Source: Opitutales bacterium | GTDB lineage: Bacteria; Verrucomicrobiota; Verrucomicrobiia; Opitutales; Seribacteraceae | Length of the DNA: 64,000 bases | Assembly: GCA_038152995.1 (NCBI GenBank) | Contig: JAYOXT010000003.1 | Location: 13,941 to 77,940, forward strand | Direction of reading: 5' to 3' | Part shown: positions 1-8,183 of the stretch, one piece after another | How positions within the stretch are numbered: position 1 is the stretch's first letter | Layout of the letters: every line of letters begins with the position of its first letter | The notes under the pieces: model-generated | Database searches by the model: none | Told to the model about the DNA's origin: nothing | The model's input: the letters and a program-made list of their open reading frames with translations, nothing else | Translations under genes and position numbers: made by a program

Positions 1-1
1 C

Positions 2-3000
2 GTACTTTTTTCCTACGATAACTCGATACGGTTAAACAATGGCCCCATGTATTGGGCTGTTCAAGCAGATCAAGTAAATGAATTTGATCCACTTCAAGCT
101 AGCAGAAGTGAGGCACTTACGGTGAGTGGTATAATCGTCGATGCCAGTACAGAATTCGGTATCTGGGCAGATATCGTATTTGTTGATTCCAATGATCAGC
201 ATAAGGAGTTTTGGCCAATTTGGGAACCGTTGGCTTTCGAAAACGATGATCCATTTGTTGAGGGCTCTTACGCGGTAAAAATTCCTGCAGGAACATACAA
301 AATAAAAGCAGTACGATGGGACGGATTGTATCAATCGGAATACTACACGGCTGATGGGGAAGGTTCGCCCGACTTTGCAGATGCTCAAGATGTTGAAATC
401 ACAAATAATTTAAGCGGTATTAATTTCCGCTTGGATGGAGCTCCCGCTGCAGAAGTTCAACTAAGTGTTATTGATTCAAATAATTCTCTCCCCGTTGAAT
501 TTGCGTGGTTTGCATTTTATGATGCCGATGACGAGTACGGTCCGGTTTTATATCCCCATGTTATTGAAAGTGTTGGAAACTACTCCTTAAAGCTCCCAGG
601 AGGTGCCTACAAAGTAATGGTGGAAGCAGCTGGCTATGAACCTGCCTACCTTGTGGCAGATGCATTAGGAGATTATTCATGGGAAGCGGGCGATTGGGCT
701 TCTGCGGCCGCTTTGGTTTTAGAAGATGGAAACCTTGAGACTCTTCCCCAAGCCGAGCTCCATGCCTTTGAGAAAATTATTGGGTTTCCCGAAGGAGGTA
801 GTATTTCTGGTAAGGTAGTCACAAACAAAGGAAATGCGGTTCCCAAAGCTCGAATCGTTGCCCACACAGATGATTATCTATTTTGGTTTGATCACTTTGA
901 ATCCAAGGGTGATGGCTCTTTTGTTCTAGACAATTTACCAGCAGGGAATTGGATAGTTTTCGCGGAGCCACCTTTTGAATCTGAGGAATATTTAGGTTAC
1001 CGCTCCTCAAATCCTAACTGGGATTCACCTATTGCCGTGAACCAAGACGCAACTGAGGAATTAAAACTTACTCTTCTGGGGTCAAATATTTCAGGTCGCA
1101 TTATGTACCCCCAAAAGGACGAAAATGGGCGAATCAAACTGTCTTCTCTTTCTCATGCCTTTTTGTGGGCCTTCCAAGATGAGGATAAAACCGGTGAACC
1201 TAATTATGATATGATCGATGGTGAACCAATTTCATTCAATGAAGCATTTGGGGAAACGAATGAGGACGGCTTCTTCTCCCTCTCTCTTCCAGAGGCGGGT
1301 AAATATTCAATTCGGGTGGAGGTGCCTGGAAAACTTTCCAGTCTCGAATTATCTCCGATTCATTTTGAATTAAAAAACCCTGCCAAAGAGATGCGTCTAG
1401 GTAATGCAGTTCGCATTGATTGGTCGAAGTCTGATACCCGTGCAAGCTCCTTTAAGGTCGAACGTAAAGCAAGTTCTGAAAGTGTATACACTGAAGTAGA
1501 CAACAATGTTAGCGGTGCCGAAAAATCATTCATTGACCACACTGTGATCCCTGGTAGTCAATACGATTATAAGGTCACTGCTATAACAACGACTGGATCG
1601 ATAGTCTTATCTTCGACAGATTATAAAGTCTCCAAACCCTTCATTTATTTAGCACCACCAAGTAAGACAATCACAGGTCAAGTACGTGATGATATGAATG
1701 CTTCCATTCGGGGGGCTGAAATTGTTGCCTGGAGGTTGGGCGGTGATGGTTGGGCAAATACTTTTACAGACAATTCTGGAAAGTATGAACTGAGTGTTGG
1801 CTCTGGTCAGTGGGAGATAACCGTATACCGACCCTATGACAAAATCGTTAATTGGACATACGATAAAGCTCCAAAGAAGGTAAAGTTTGCCAACAACTCT
1901 GATAGAGTATCAAAGACGGTAAACTTCATTGTTAATCGTATGGATGAAGGAAAAATTACGGGTATCATCAATATACCTGAGGGTCTTAGCGATTATGCTT
2001 CCTCCATTTGGATTGATGCTTTTAGTCCTGATGGAATTGGAAATTGGGCAAATCCGGAAGCAAACGGATCCTTTACTATCCCATTAGAGTCTGGCCAATA
2101 CGAATTATCTGTCTGGCTCGACCCTGAACTGTTCAAAGGCTATGGAAGCCCTGAACCCAAATTAGTTCGAGTCGGTAAAACTGAGTCTAATGTAGGTACT
2201 ATTGAGCTCTCATTATTCAACTCAACGATTTATGGCGTTGTACAAACTTTAACCGGTTCTCCACTCGGTAATGCAGAAGTTTGGGCCTTGAGTGAGAGTG
2301 GGGGATGGACAAGCGATATTACCGACACTAACGGCAACTACGAACTAAAGGTAGCCCCTGGTAGATGGGAAGTAGGATTTAATCCCCCAATGCCTGCTGA
2401 TGGTTCCGAGTCACCTTACCTTTTAGAACCTACAAAGCGCGTCAAAGTTGGAGAAGGTGATAAATCCTTAAACTTTTCTGTCCGCAAAGCTTTGTCTAAT
2501 GTCGAGGGCGTTGTACTCGGATCCAGTGGAGTTCCAATTGCTGATTTAAACGCTTGGGCCTACGCTCGTGAGGCAGATGATGGAAGTGGGAATGATGAAT
2601 TCTTCGAAGTCTTGGCAGAAGTACCATTGTCTCCTAGGGGCACATTCACATTTCCCGGAATGCCAGGAACTTATGCCGTTGGATTGTGGTTGCCACCTGG
2701 TAGTGCTTATTCATTTCCAGATGAACAGATTCTTACCCTTTCAGAAAGTGGTCAGCTCACTGATCTTGCTGGGACTTCTCTAAGCAAGATTGAATTCCAT
2801 TTAGAAAAAATTGATTCTTACTTACAAGGCAGCTTGATTGACAAGGATACAAATGAAACCATTTCTGGATTGGTCGGTGAAATCTATGCTATGCGAACTG
2901 ATAAAGATGGATGGCAATCCTCTGCGATCGAGTCAAATGGCACCTACTCTATGCTCCTTCCTGAGGGTAATTGGATAGTCGACTATTATTTGGAGTACGA

Positions 3001-4489
3001 TGAACTCAATCGAAAATATCCTCAGCACGCACCTGTCTCTCTTGATGTAAATATTGAGCAAGGGCAAATAGCTACTGGGGATTTTGTATTAAGTGCAGCT
3101 GCGGCCTCTATCTCTGGAAACATTGTTTATGATTCCAGCGATGAAAATGTCACGGATACGACTCTTTATGTTTGGGCTTATCGGGAGCAAACTGGATCTC
3201 TGCCTGCATATTGGAACGAAGTGGAGACGGATGAGAGCGGAGCCTTTAGCATTTCAGTTCTTCAAGGCGGAAATTACGAAGTTGGAGTTATTCTTTCGAA
3301 CGATCTCAGGGAAAATGGTTACCTTGAGCCAGTTACCCGAAATATTAAAATGACAAATTCGACCAAGTCCGGAGTTGATTTCCGTCTGGCACAACCACCT
3401 CAAGAAAATTATCTGAGCGGGGTGGTTCTCGATGATTCAAGCAATCCACTGCCTGGTGCTTTTGTCTATGCCTGGACCTTTGATGGTCGTGAAAGCTCTG
3501 CATATGCGGATCCTGATGGAGAATTTAATATGTCGGTTCCAGGAGGCGTAATTTGGAGATTAGGTGCAGAATATAGCGAGTTTGATAGCGAGGATAATGA
3601 AATACTCTTCCTTACGACATTTGAAAAAGAGGGGGATTTGCGAAGTAATGATTTCGAATCGAATATATCAATCGTTCTTAAAAGACCCGATTTTATCGTG
3701 CCCGGTGGAGTTAGTATCACATTTGATCCTAACAAAGACTTTACTACAACTCTTCCTGATGGGACTGAACTGACCATTCCCGGTGGTGCATCCAATGTTC
3801 CATCAGGTGTTGAGGAAGTTCGTATAGTGGTCACTCCGACCGCCAAGGGGCTTGCCAAAAGTGGTAGTGAAAAACCTGCGAACTACGGTTATTCCATTGA
3901 CTTATTTGATGACAAAGGGAAGAAAGTGGAAGGTAATTTCAAGAAAGATGTGATTCTATCAATTCCCATAGATACGGATGCTGCAAAGGCAAGTGGCTTG
4001 GATATCGATAATTTTTCGGGAATGTATTTTTCATCAACAAAAAATGCTTGGGAACAGGCAAAAACCAGCACTTGGAATAAGGATAGTGAGAAACTTGTCC
4101 TTACGACGGACCATTTCTCGTTATACGCCGGAGTTGCCCCTCCCGAATTGTCCGACTTAGCCAAAGATGCGAATTCATCTTTGATCGATAGCGAAAATGG
4201 AGACTGGTACGATTCAAGTTGGTTTGGAACCTTTTTTGATGCCCAAGATGGATGGATCTATCATTTGGATCTCGAATGGGTGTATGTAACTAGTGACGCT
4301 AGTGATGAAGGCGTAGAAAATTATTGGATTTATTCCCCAAGCATTGGTTGGATGTGGACTGGGCCAGAGTTTTTTAACCAAGACGATACTGCGATTTCTT
4401 TCCTTTATTCGTTTGAATTAACATCTTGGCTTTACCTTGATTCCGCGAGAGGGTATTTCAATTATACCTCAAATTCCTGGATTGAATGA
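2..4489 (+). CDS. Giant secreted/cell-surface repeat protein, 5'-truncated by the window edge (carboxypeptidase-regulatory-like beta-sandwich repeats, one FN3-like domain, Trp-rich C-terminal module)
   Basis: The reading frame is open from nt 2, with no stop before the first ATG at 47, so the true start probably lies upstream. At least 7 repeats of the type 'ITGQVRDDMNASIRGAEIVAWRLGGDGWANTFTDNSGKYELSVGSGQWEITV' are present. FN3-like stretch 'FKVERKASSESVYTEVDNNVSGAEKSFIDHTVIPGSQYDYKVTAI'. The W-rich C-terminus starts at 'DWYDSSWFGTFF'. Confidence 0.75.
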   Translation, partial: VLFSYDNSIRLNNGPMYWAVQADQVNEFDPLQASRSEALTVSGIIVDASTEFGIWADIVFVDSNDQHKEFWPIWEPLAFENDDPFVEGSYAVKIPAGTYKIKAVRWDGLYQSEYYTADGEGSPDFADAQDVEITNNLSGINFRLDGAPAAEVQLSVIDSNNSLPVEFAWFAFYDADDEYGPVLYPHVIESVGNYSLKLPGGAYKVMVEAAGYEPAYLVADALGDYSWEAGDWASAAALVLEDGNLETLPQAELHAFEKIIGFPEGGSISGKVVTNKGNAVPKARIVAHTDDYLFWFDHFESKGDGSFVLDNLPAGNWIVFAEPPFESEEYLGYRSSNPNWDSPIAVNQDATEELKLTLLGSNISGRIMYPQKDENGRIKLSSLSHAFLWAFQDEDKTGEPNYDMIDGEPISFNEAFGETNEDGFFSLSLPEAGKYSIRVEVPGKLSSLELSPIHFELKNPAKEMRLGNAVRIDWSKSDTRASSFKVERKASSESVYTEVDNNVSGAEKSFIDHTVIPGSQYDYKVTAITTTGSIVLSSTDYKVSKPFIYLAPPSKTITGQVRDDMNASIRGAEIVAWRLGGDGWANTFTDNSGKYELSVGSGQWEITVYRPYDKIVNWTYDKAPKKVKFANNSDRVSKTVNFIVNRMDEGKITGIINIPEGLSDYASSIWIDAFSPDGIGNWANPEANGSFTIPLESGQYELSVWLDPELFKGYGSPEPKLVRVGKTESNVGTIELSLFNSTIYGVVQTLTGSPLGNAEVWALSESGGWTSDITDTNGNYELKVAPGRWEVGFNPPMPADGSESPYLLEPTKRVKVGEGDKSLNFSVRKALSNVEGVVLGSSGVPIADLNAWAYAREADDGSGNDEFFEVLAEVPLSPRGTFTFPGMPGTYAVGLWLPPGSAYSFPDEQILTLSESGQLTDLAGTSLSKIEFHLEKIDSYLQGSLIDKDTNETISGLVGEIYAMRTDKDGWQSSAIESNGTYSMLLPEGNWIVDYYLEYDELNRKYPQHAPVSLDVNIEQGQIATGDFVLSAAAASISGNIVYDSSDENVTDTTLYVWAYREQTGSLPAYWNEVETDESGAFSISVLQGGNYEVGVILSNDLRENGYLEPVTRNIKMTNSTKSGVDFRLAQPPQENYLSGVVLDDSSNPLPGAFVYAWTFDGRESSAYADPDGEFNMSVPGGVIWRLGAEYSEFDSEDNEILFLTTFEKEGDLRSNDFESNISIVLKRPDFIVPGGVSITFDPNKDFTTTLPDGTELTIPGGASNVPSGVEEVRIVVTPTAKGLAKSGSEKPANYGYSIDLFDDKGKKVEGNFKKDVILSIPIDTDAAKASGLDIDNFSGMYFSSTKNAWEQAKTSTWNKDSEKLVLTTDHFSLYAGVAPPELSDLAKDANSSLIDSENGDWYDSSWFGTFFDAQDGWIYHLDLEWVYVTSDASDEGVENYWIYSPSIGWMWTGPEFFNQDDTAISFLYSFELTSWLYLDSARGYFNYTSNSWIE

Positions 4490-4541
4490 TTATCTAAATC
4501 GCTTGTCTTTATTTTAAAAAAAACATTATCTATAAATCAGT

Positions 4542-6296
4542 ATGAAATATAAAATCTCCTACTTTCTTTTTCTAACTTTATTTTTCCCAACCACTCAGAC
4601 TCTTTTGGGGAACTTTGAATTTTTAAATGATTTATTCTATGACACTTCGAAGTCTTATTCTGTAGGGGACAGTGTTGTGCTTGAGAGCGATCCATCCGAA
4701 ATTTTCACGGCATTAATCGATGTGCCTCCTGGTAATCCGCCCGCAGTCGGTACTCAATCTCAGTATTGGTCTTCATCTGATGATTACACTAGTGATCTTA
4801 CATCAAATAACTCAGATGACATCTCTACTGTTCCGTCCAGCAATTTTGATACAACTACACCAGGGACAACACCCAGCGATGGACCTACATTTCCGGAATC
4901 GACGGTGAGTGTTAATTTCTCTGAGAATTCTACTGAATCGGTGGCCACAATTTTTGCAAATTTTGCTGATTCTTATCAAATCTCATCGGAAAAAGATGGT
5001 AGTCTTTTCATATTAAACTCTTCCGATTTACAACTCACCTTCATCGATTCACCTGATTACGAAACACCTAGCGACGAGGACGGCAACAATGTGTACGAAG
5101 TTGTGATTGTTGCGAGCAGCGGTACCAGTGGTAGTACTGACTCCCAAACTATCTCTGTGACGGTTGAAAATGTTATCGAGGCACCGGTCTTCGATGATGG
5201 ATCCTCTGCCACGGTAGAATTTACTTCTGGAGGAACAGGATCAGTTTATACTGCTTCTGCTACAGATGGAGCAACTTTTTCTATCAGTGGAGGTGCCAAT
5301 CTAAGTTTGTTTTCAATTAACTCTGCTACTGGTGCTCTTAGCTTTATTTCATCACCTACCTACGCTGAAGGTTCCTCTAATACATACTCCGTAACTATCA
5401 CTGCAACAAATTCTCAAGGAAGTACTGATTTATCTATCATTGTTGATTTAATACCGGAAGCAACAACCTCTTCTCGGTTTTTGGGCATATCGACCCGCGG
5501 ATTAGTCAGCAGTACCAAGGCAATGTATGGTAGTATTGCGGTTACTGGTACAGAAAACAAATTAGTCGCCTTCATGGGTAAAGGAAAAACAATGGAAACC
5601 CAAGGTATTACTGACTATGTAACTGATCCTGCTTTGATTATCTATAAACTAACAAATGGCGTGTGGGGCGTTTATCGCACTATTGATAATTGGGAAGATG
5701 CTACAGGTTCTGAAAGTATTCTATCTGTTAGTGGTAAACAAGGCATTACTTTGCCAGTGGATGCTCTGGAAGCAGCGATTGTTTTAAATTTAGAACCAGG
5801 TAATTACTCAGCTATCCTTACTTCTACTGAGTCATCGGAGAAAGAGGCACTTGTCGAGGCATATGAGATTCCTTCCGAAAATGAGGTTTCACGTTTTCTT
5901 GGAATATCAACCCGAGGTTTAGTCAGTAGTACGAAGGCAATGTATGGCAGTATTGCAATTACAGGAACCAAGAACAAGAAAGTAGCTTTTATGGGCAAAG
6001 GAAAAACAATGGAAGCCCAAGGTATTACTGACTATGTAGCTGACCCAGCTTTGATCATCTATAAGCTTACCAATGGTGTGTGGGGCGTTTATCGCACTAT
6101 TGATAATTGGACTGAGGCTACAGGTATTGAGAATATTTCAGCATACGCAGGTAAAGAAGGTATTACTCTTCCTGTATCAGATACAGAGGCAGCTATCGTA
6201 CTTGATTTAGAGCCAGGCAACTATTCAGCCATCCTTACTTCTACAGAAAGTGAAAGTAAGGAGGCATTAGTTGAAGCATACGAGATTGTAGAGTAA
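4542..6296 (+). CDS. Secreted cadherin-like repeat protein with two tandem C-terminal 'ISTRG...EAYEI' domains
   Basis: Signal-peptide-like N-terminus 'MKYKISYFLFLTLFFPTTQTLLG'. Possible CBM5/12-like segment 'YSVGDSVVLESDPSEIFTALIDVPPGNPPAVGTQSQYW'. Cadherin-like signatures 'DYETPSDEDGNNVYEVVIVASSG...ISVTVENVIEAP' and 'YSVTITATNSQGSTDLSIIV'. Two 139-aa repeats follow. Confidence 0.75.
   Translation: MKYKISYFLFLTLFFPTTQTLLGNFEFLNDLFYDTSKSYSVGDSVVLESDPSEIFTALIDVPPGNPPAVGTQSQYWSSSDDYTSDLTSNNSDDISTVPSSNFDTTTPGTTPSDGPTFPESTVSVNFSENSTESVATIFANFADSYQISSEKDGSLFILNSSDLQLTFIDSPDYETPSDEDGNNVYEVVIVASSGTSGSTDSQTISVTVENVIEAPVFDDGSSATVEFTSGGTGSVYTASATDGATFSISGGANLSLFSINSATGALSFISSPTYAEGSSNTYSVTITATNSQGSTDLSIIVDLIPEATTSSRFLGISTRGLVSSTKAMYGSIAVTGTENKLVAFMGKGKTMETQGITDYVTDPALIIYKLTNGVWGVYRTIDNWEDATGSESILSVSGKQGITLPVDALEAAIVLNLEPGNYSAILTSTESSEKEALVEAYEIPSENEVSRFLGISTRGLVSSTKAMYGSIAITGTKNKKVAFMGKGKTMEAQGITDYVADPALIIYKLTNGVWGVYRTIDNWTEATGIENISAYAGKEGITLPVSDTEAAIVLDLEPGNYSAILTSTESESKEALVEAYEIVE
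5472..6293 (+). repeat. Intragenic tandem duplication, 2 x 417 nt (139 aa each; copy 1 at 5472-5888, copy 2 at 5889-6293)
   Basis: Manual alignment of 'SRFLGISTRGLVSSTKAMYGSIAVTGTENKLVAFMGKGKTMETQGITDYVTDPALIIYKLTNGVWGVYRTIDNW...' with the following 'SRFLGISTRGLVSSTKAMYGSIAITGTKNKKVAFMGKGKTMEAQGITDYVADPALIIYKLTNGVWGVYRTIDNW...'. Long identical nucleotide runs are present, e.g. 'gtgtggggcgtttatcgcactattgataattgg' in both copies. Confidence 0.9.
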
Positions 6297-6297
6297 A

Positions 6298-6588
6298 CAA
6301 AAAATCTTTTGACCAAGAAAAGGGCTAGCGATTTCGCTAGCCCTTTTTTTGTTTTAAATTTTCTGAAGGACAACAAGATCTTGATGATTTCCAATGATTG
6401 AATCGAAGTATTTTGTTATTTTGAGATATTTGGTCCATTTCTTTGCGATTTGACCTAAGGTGTTGTATGTATCTCGATAGTCTCGATTCTCAGGAACAGA
6501 CCCTTTAAGAATAAAATTTTCACCATAGTCGTAAAAACCCTTACATAAAAGCTCTTGAAACCCATCTTCGGAAATCCCTCTCAGAGCA
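6298..6588. repeat. Direct repeat copy A (~291 bp; 3' end of the methyltransferase gene plus terminator)
   Basis: Aligns by eye along its whole length with 13327-13616. It has the same 'caaaaaatcttttga.caagaaaagggctagcg' start and the same '...cccatcttcgg.aatccctctcagagca' end, with scattered mismatches and small indels. Confidence 0.9.
6321..6350. terminator. Bidirectional rho-independent terminator between convergent genes
   Basis: Stem 'agggctagcg' / 'cgctagccct' with loop 'attt'. It is followed by T7 on the + strand and preceded by an A-run (a T-run on the - strand). It sits between the stop at 6296 (+) and the stop at 6354 (-). Confidence 0.8.
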
Positions 6589-7397
6589 CTAGATGCACCG
6601 TGAAAGGTAAGTAACAAATATCCTCCCTTTTTAAGGGAGGAAGCTAGTTCGTCTATCCATTCGATTTGCAAGTTTTGATCAAGATGGGTCATGACTGATA
6701 TTCCGAATATTATATCAAAAAAATCCTGAGGAATTTTCTTCTCAGGTCTAGAATTAATTGAAATTGTTTCTATATTCAAGTTTTCGGCACACCATCTTAA
6801 ATTTGCTTGATCGATGTCTGCACCCCACAAATCAACTTTGTTAGTATTAAAATATCTACTTACCCTTCCGCATCCACATCCCCAATCTAAAATTTTAGGA
6901 CATTTTTCCTCATGGAAAAATTTTAATGATTTAATAATGTAATCGATTTTATGATAAGTGGAGAAACCCTCCAGCAAGAATGATGACAATGAATCTGCTC
7001 CATGTACACGGTATCTATCATTGGGACTTGGAACAGCATTGAAATCGTTCAATGGATATGCATAAAAATGTAATTTATCAAATGGAATATCTGTTTTTTC
7101 CCCATAAGAAAATTTAATCATGTGCTCATGATTTTTAGGAGAAATTTTGAATTTGCATTTGAAGCCAGAAGTTGGTGCTTCCGGCCAATATGGAAAGATT
7201 TTTTCTAAATCTGGTCTGTAAATATCGAAAGCAGAGTCAACCATGCTTGCCTGTTCAGAACTTACGGTTAGCTCGCTCCTTGGTGAATTTCCTGAAACTG
7301 ACCAACCGGAAATCTCAATATCTTCTTTGTCATGGGATATCGAATCAATACACCAAGGCCTCAGTGTATTCAATAACCTCTCTCTTAAGCAATTCAT
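6354..7397 (-). CDS. Class I SAM-dependent methyltransferase with a ~150-aa N-terminal domain of unknown function
   Basis: Motif I 'ILDWGCGCGRVSRYF'. Post-I/II region 'LWGADIDQANLRWC'. 'FDIIFGISVMTHL'. 'LKKGGYLLLTFHG'. The start overlaps the upstream methyltransferase stop by 4 nt. Confidence 0.8.
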   Translation of the reverse strand: MNCLRERLLNTLRPWCIDSISHDKEDIEISGWSVSGNSPRSELTVSSEQASMVDSAFDIYRPDLEKIFPYWPEAPTSGFKCKFKISPKNHEHMIKFSYGEKTDIPFDKLHFYAYPLNDFNAVPSPNDRYRVHGADSLSSFLLEGFSTYHKIDYIIKSLKFFHEEKCPKILDWGCGCGRVSRYFNTNKVDLWGADIDQANLRWCAENLNIETISINSRPEKKIPQDFFDIIFGISVMTHLDQNLQIEWIDELASSLKKGGYLLLTFHGASSALRGISEDGFQELLCKGFYDYGENFILKGSVPENRDYRDTYNTLGQIAKKWTKYLKITKYFDSIIGNHQDLVVLQKI

Positions 7398-8173
7398 TGC
7401 TTTGTTGCAAATAGGGCAGTAGTTGAAGCTAGTTCTTCATTTGCAACATTAGGCAGACTGGTAACAAAGTCCTCATTTAAAAATTCGATTGGGGATGCCA
7501 TCAAATCTGAAACTTTCTTATTCAGAAATCCTGATTTTGATGAATCTGGTAACGAAGCATACCATCTTTGCAGTATCCAGGTAAGAGAAAAGATCGGCAA
7601 TCCGCTATGTATAACTTTTTGCTCATCAATTGATAACTTGTTTTCAAAGAGTAATTTCATGCCACCTTTTGTCATATTAAAATAATGATCGGGATATGCG
7701 TGAACAGGTTGCAAGAACGCTGCAACACAATAAAGTTTACCTCCTGGTTTGAGTACTCGCGATATTTCTGAAGCACATTTAAAAGGATCTTTCACATGCT
7801 CAAGGACATTTAAGGATAGCACAGCATCGAATGAGTTATCTGAAAAAGGAAGGTCTTCACCAATGCCTACAACATCTGTGCTGTCATAGGGAACAATTTC
7901 AAAATTGACTACATTATCCAAGTACTCGTCACGCTTTCCCGAACCACAATCCAAAACTAATCCATCTTGGTTACTTTTGATTATTTGCAGTGCGTATTCA
8001 TCGTAACCATGACTGGAGACATTATCAGTATCCGATAATCCATACACTCTCCTAACTTCTTCATTTAAAAAATTGAGGTGGTATTCATTTTCTAAAAAAG
8101 CAATATTGCCATTAAGTAAATCTTTTACTCTATCCAGTTTCTTTTTCTTAAGATTTTTAAAATTTAAATTCAT
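7394..8173 (-). CDS. Class I SAM-dependent methyltransferase (Methyltransf_11-like)
   Basis: 'VLDCGSGKRDEY' (motif I), 'FDAVLSLNVLEHVKDP', 'LKPGGKLYCV'. The ORF track starts at 8263, which would overlap the upstream gene by 80 nt. The internal ATG at 8173 ('MNLNFKNLKKKK') leaves a 10-nt gap and is preferred. Confidence 0.75.
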   Translation of the reverse strand: MNLNFKNLKKKKLDRVKDLLNGNIAFLENEYHLNFLNEEVRRVYGLSDTDNVSSHGYDEYALQIIKSNQDGLVLDCGSGKRDEYLDNVVNFEIVPYDSTDVVGIGEDLPFSDNSFDAVLSLNVLEHVKDPFKCASEISRVLKPGGKLYCVAAFLQPVHAYPDHYFNMTKGGMKLLFENKLSIDEQKVIHSGLPIFSLTWILQRWYASLPDSSKSGFLNKKVSDLMASPIEFLNEDFVTSLPNVANEELASTTALFATKQ

Positions 8174-8183
8174 TGGAGTGAAA

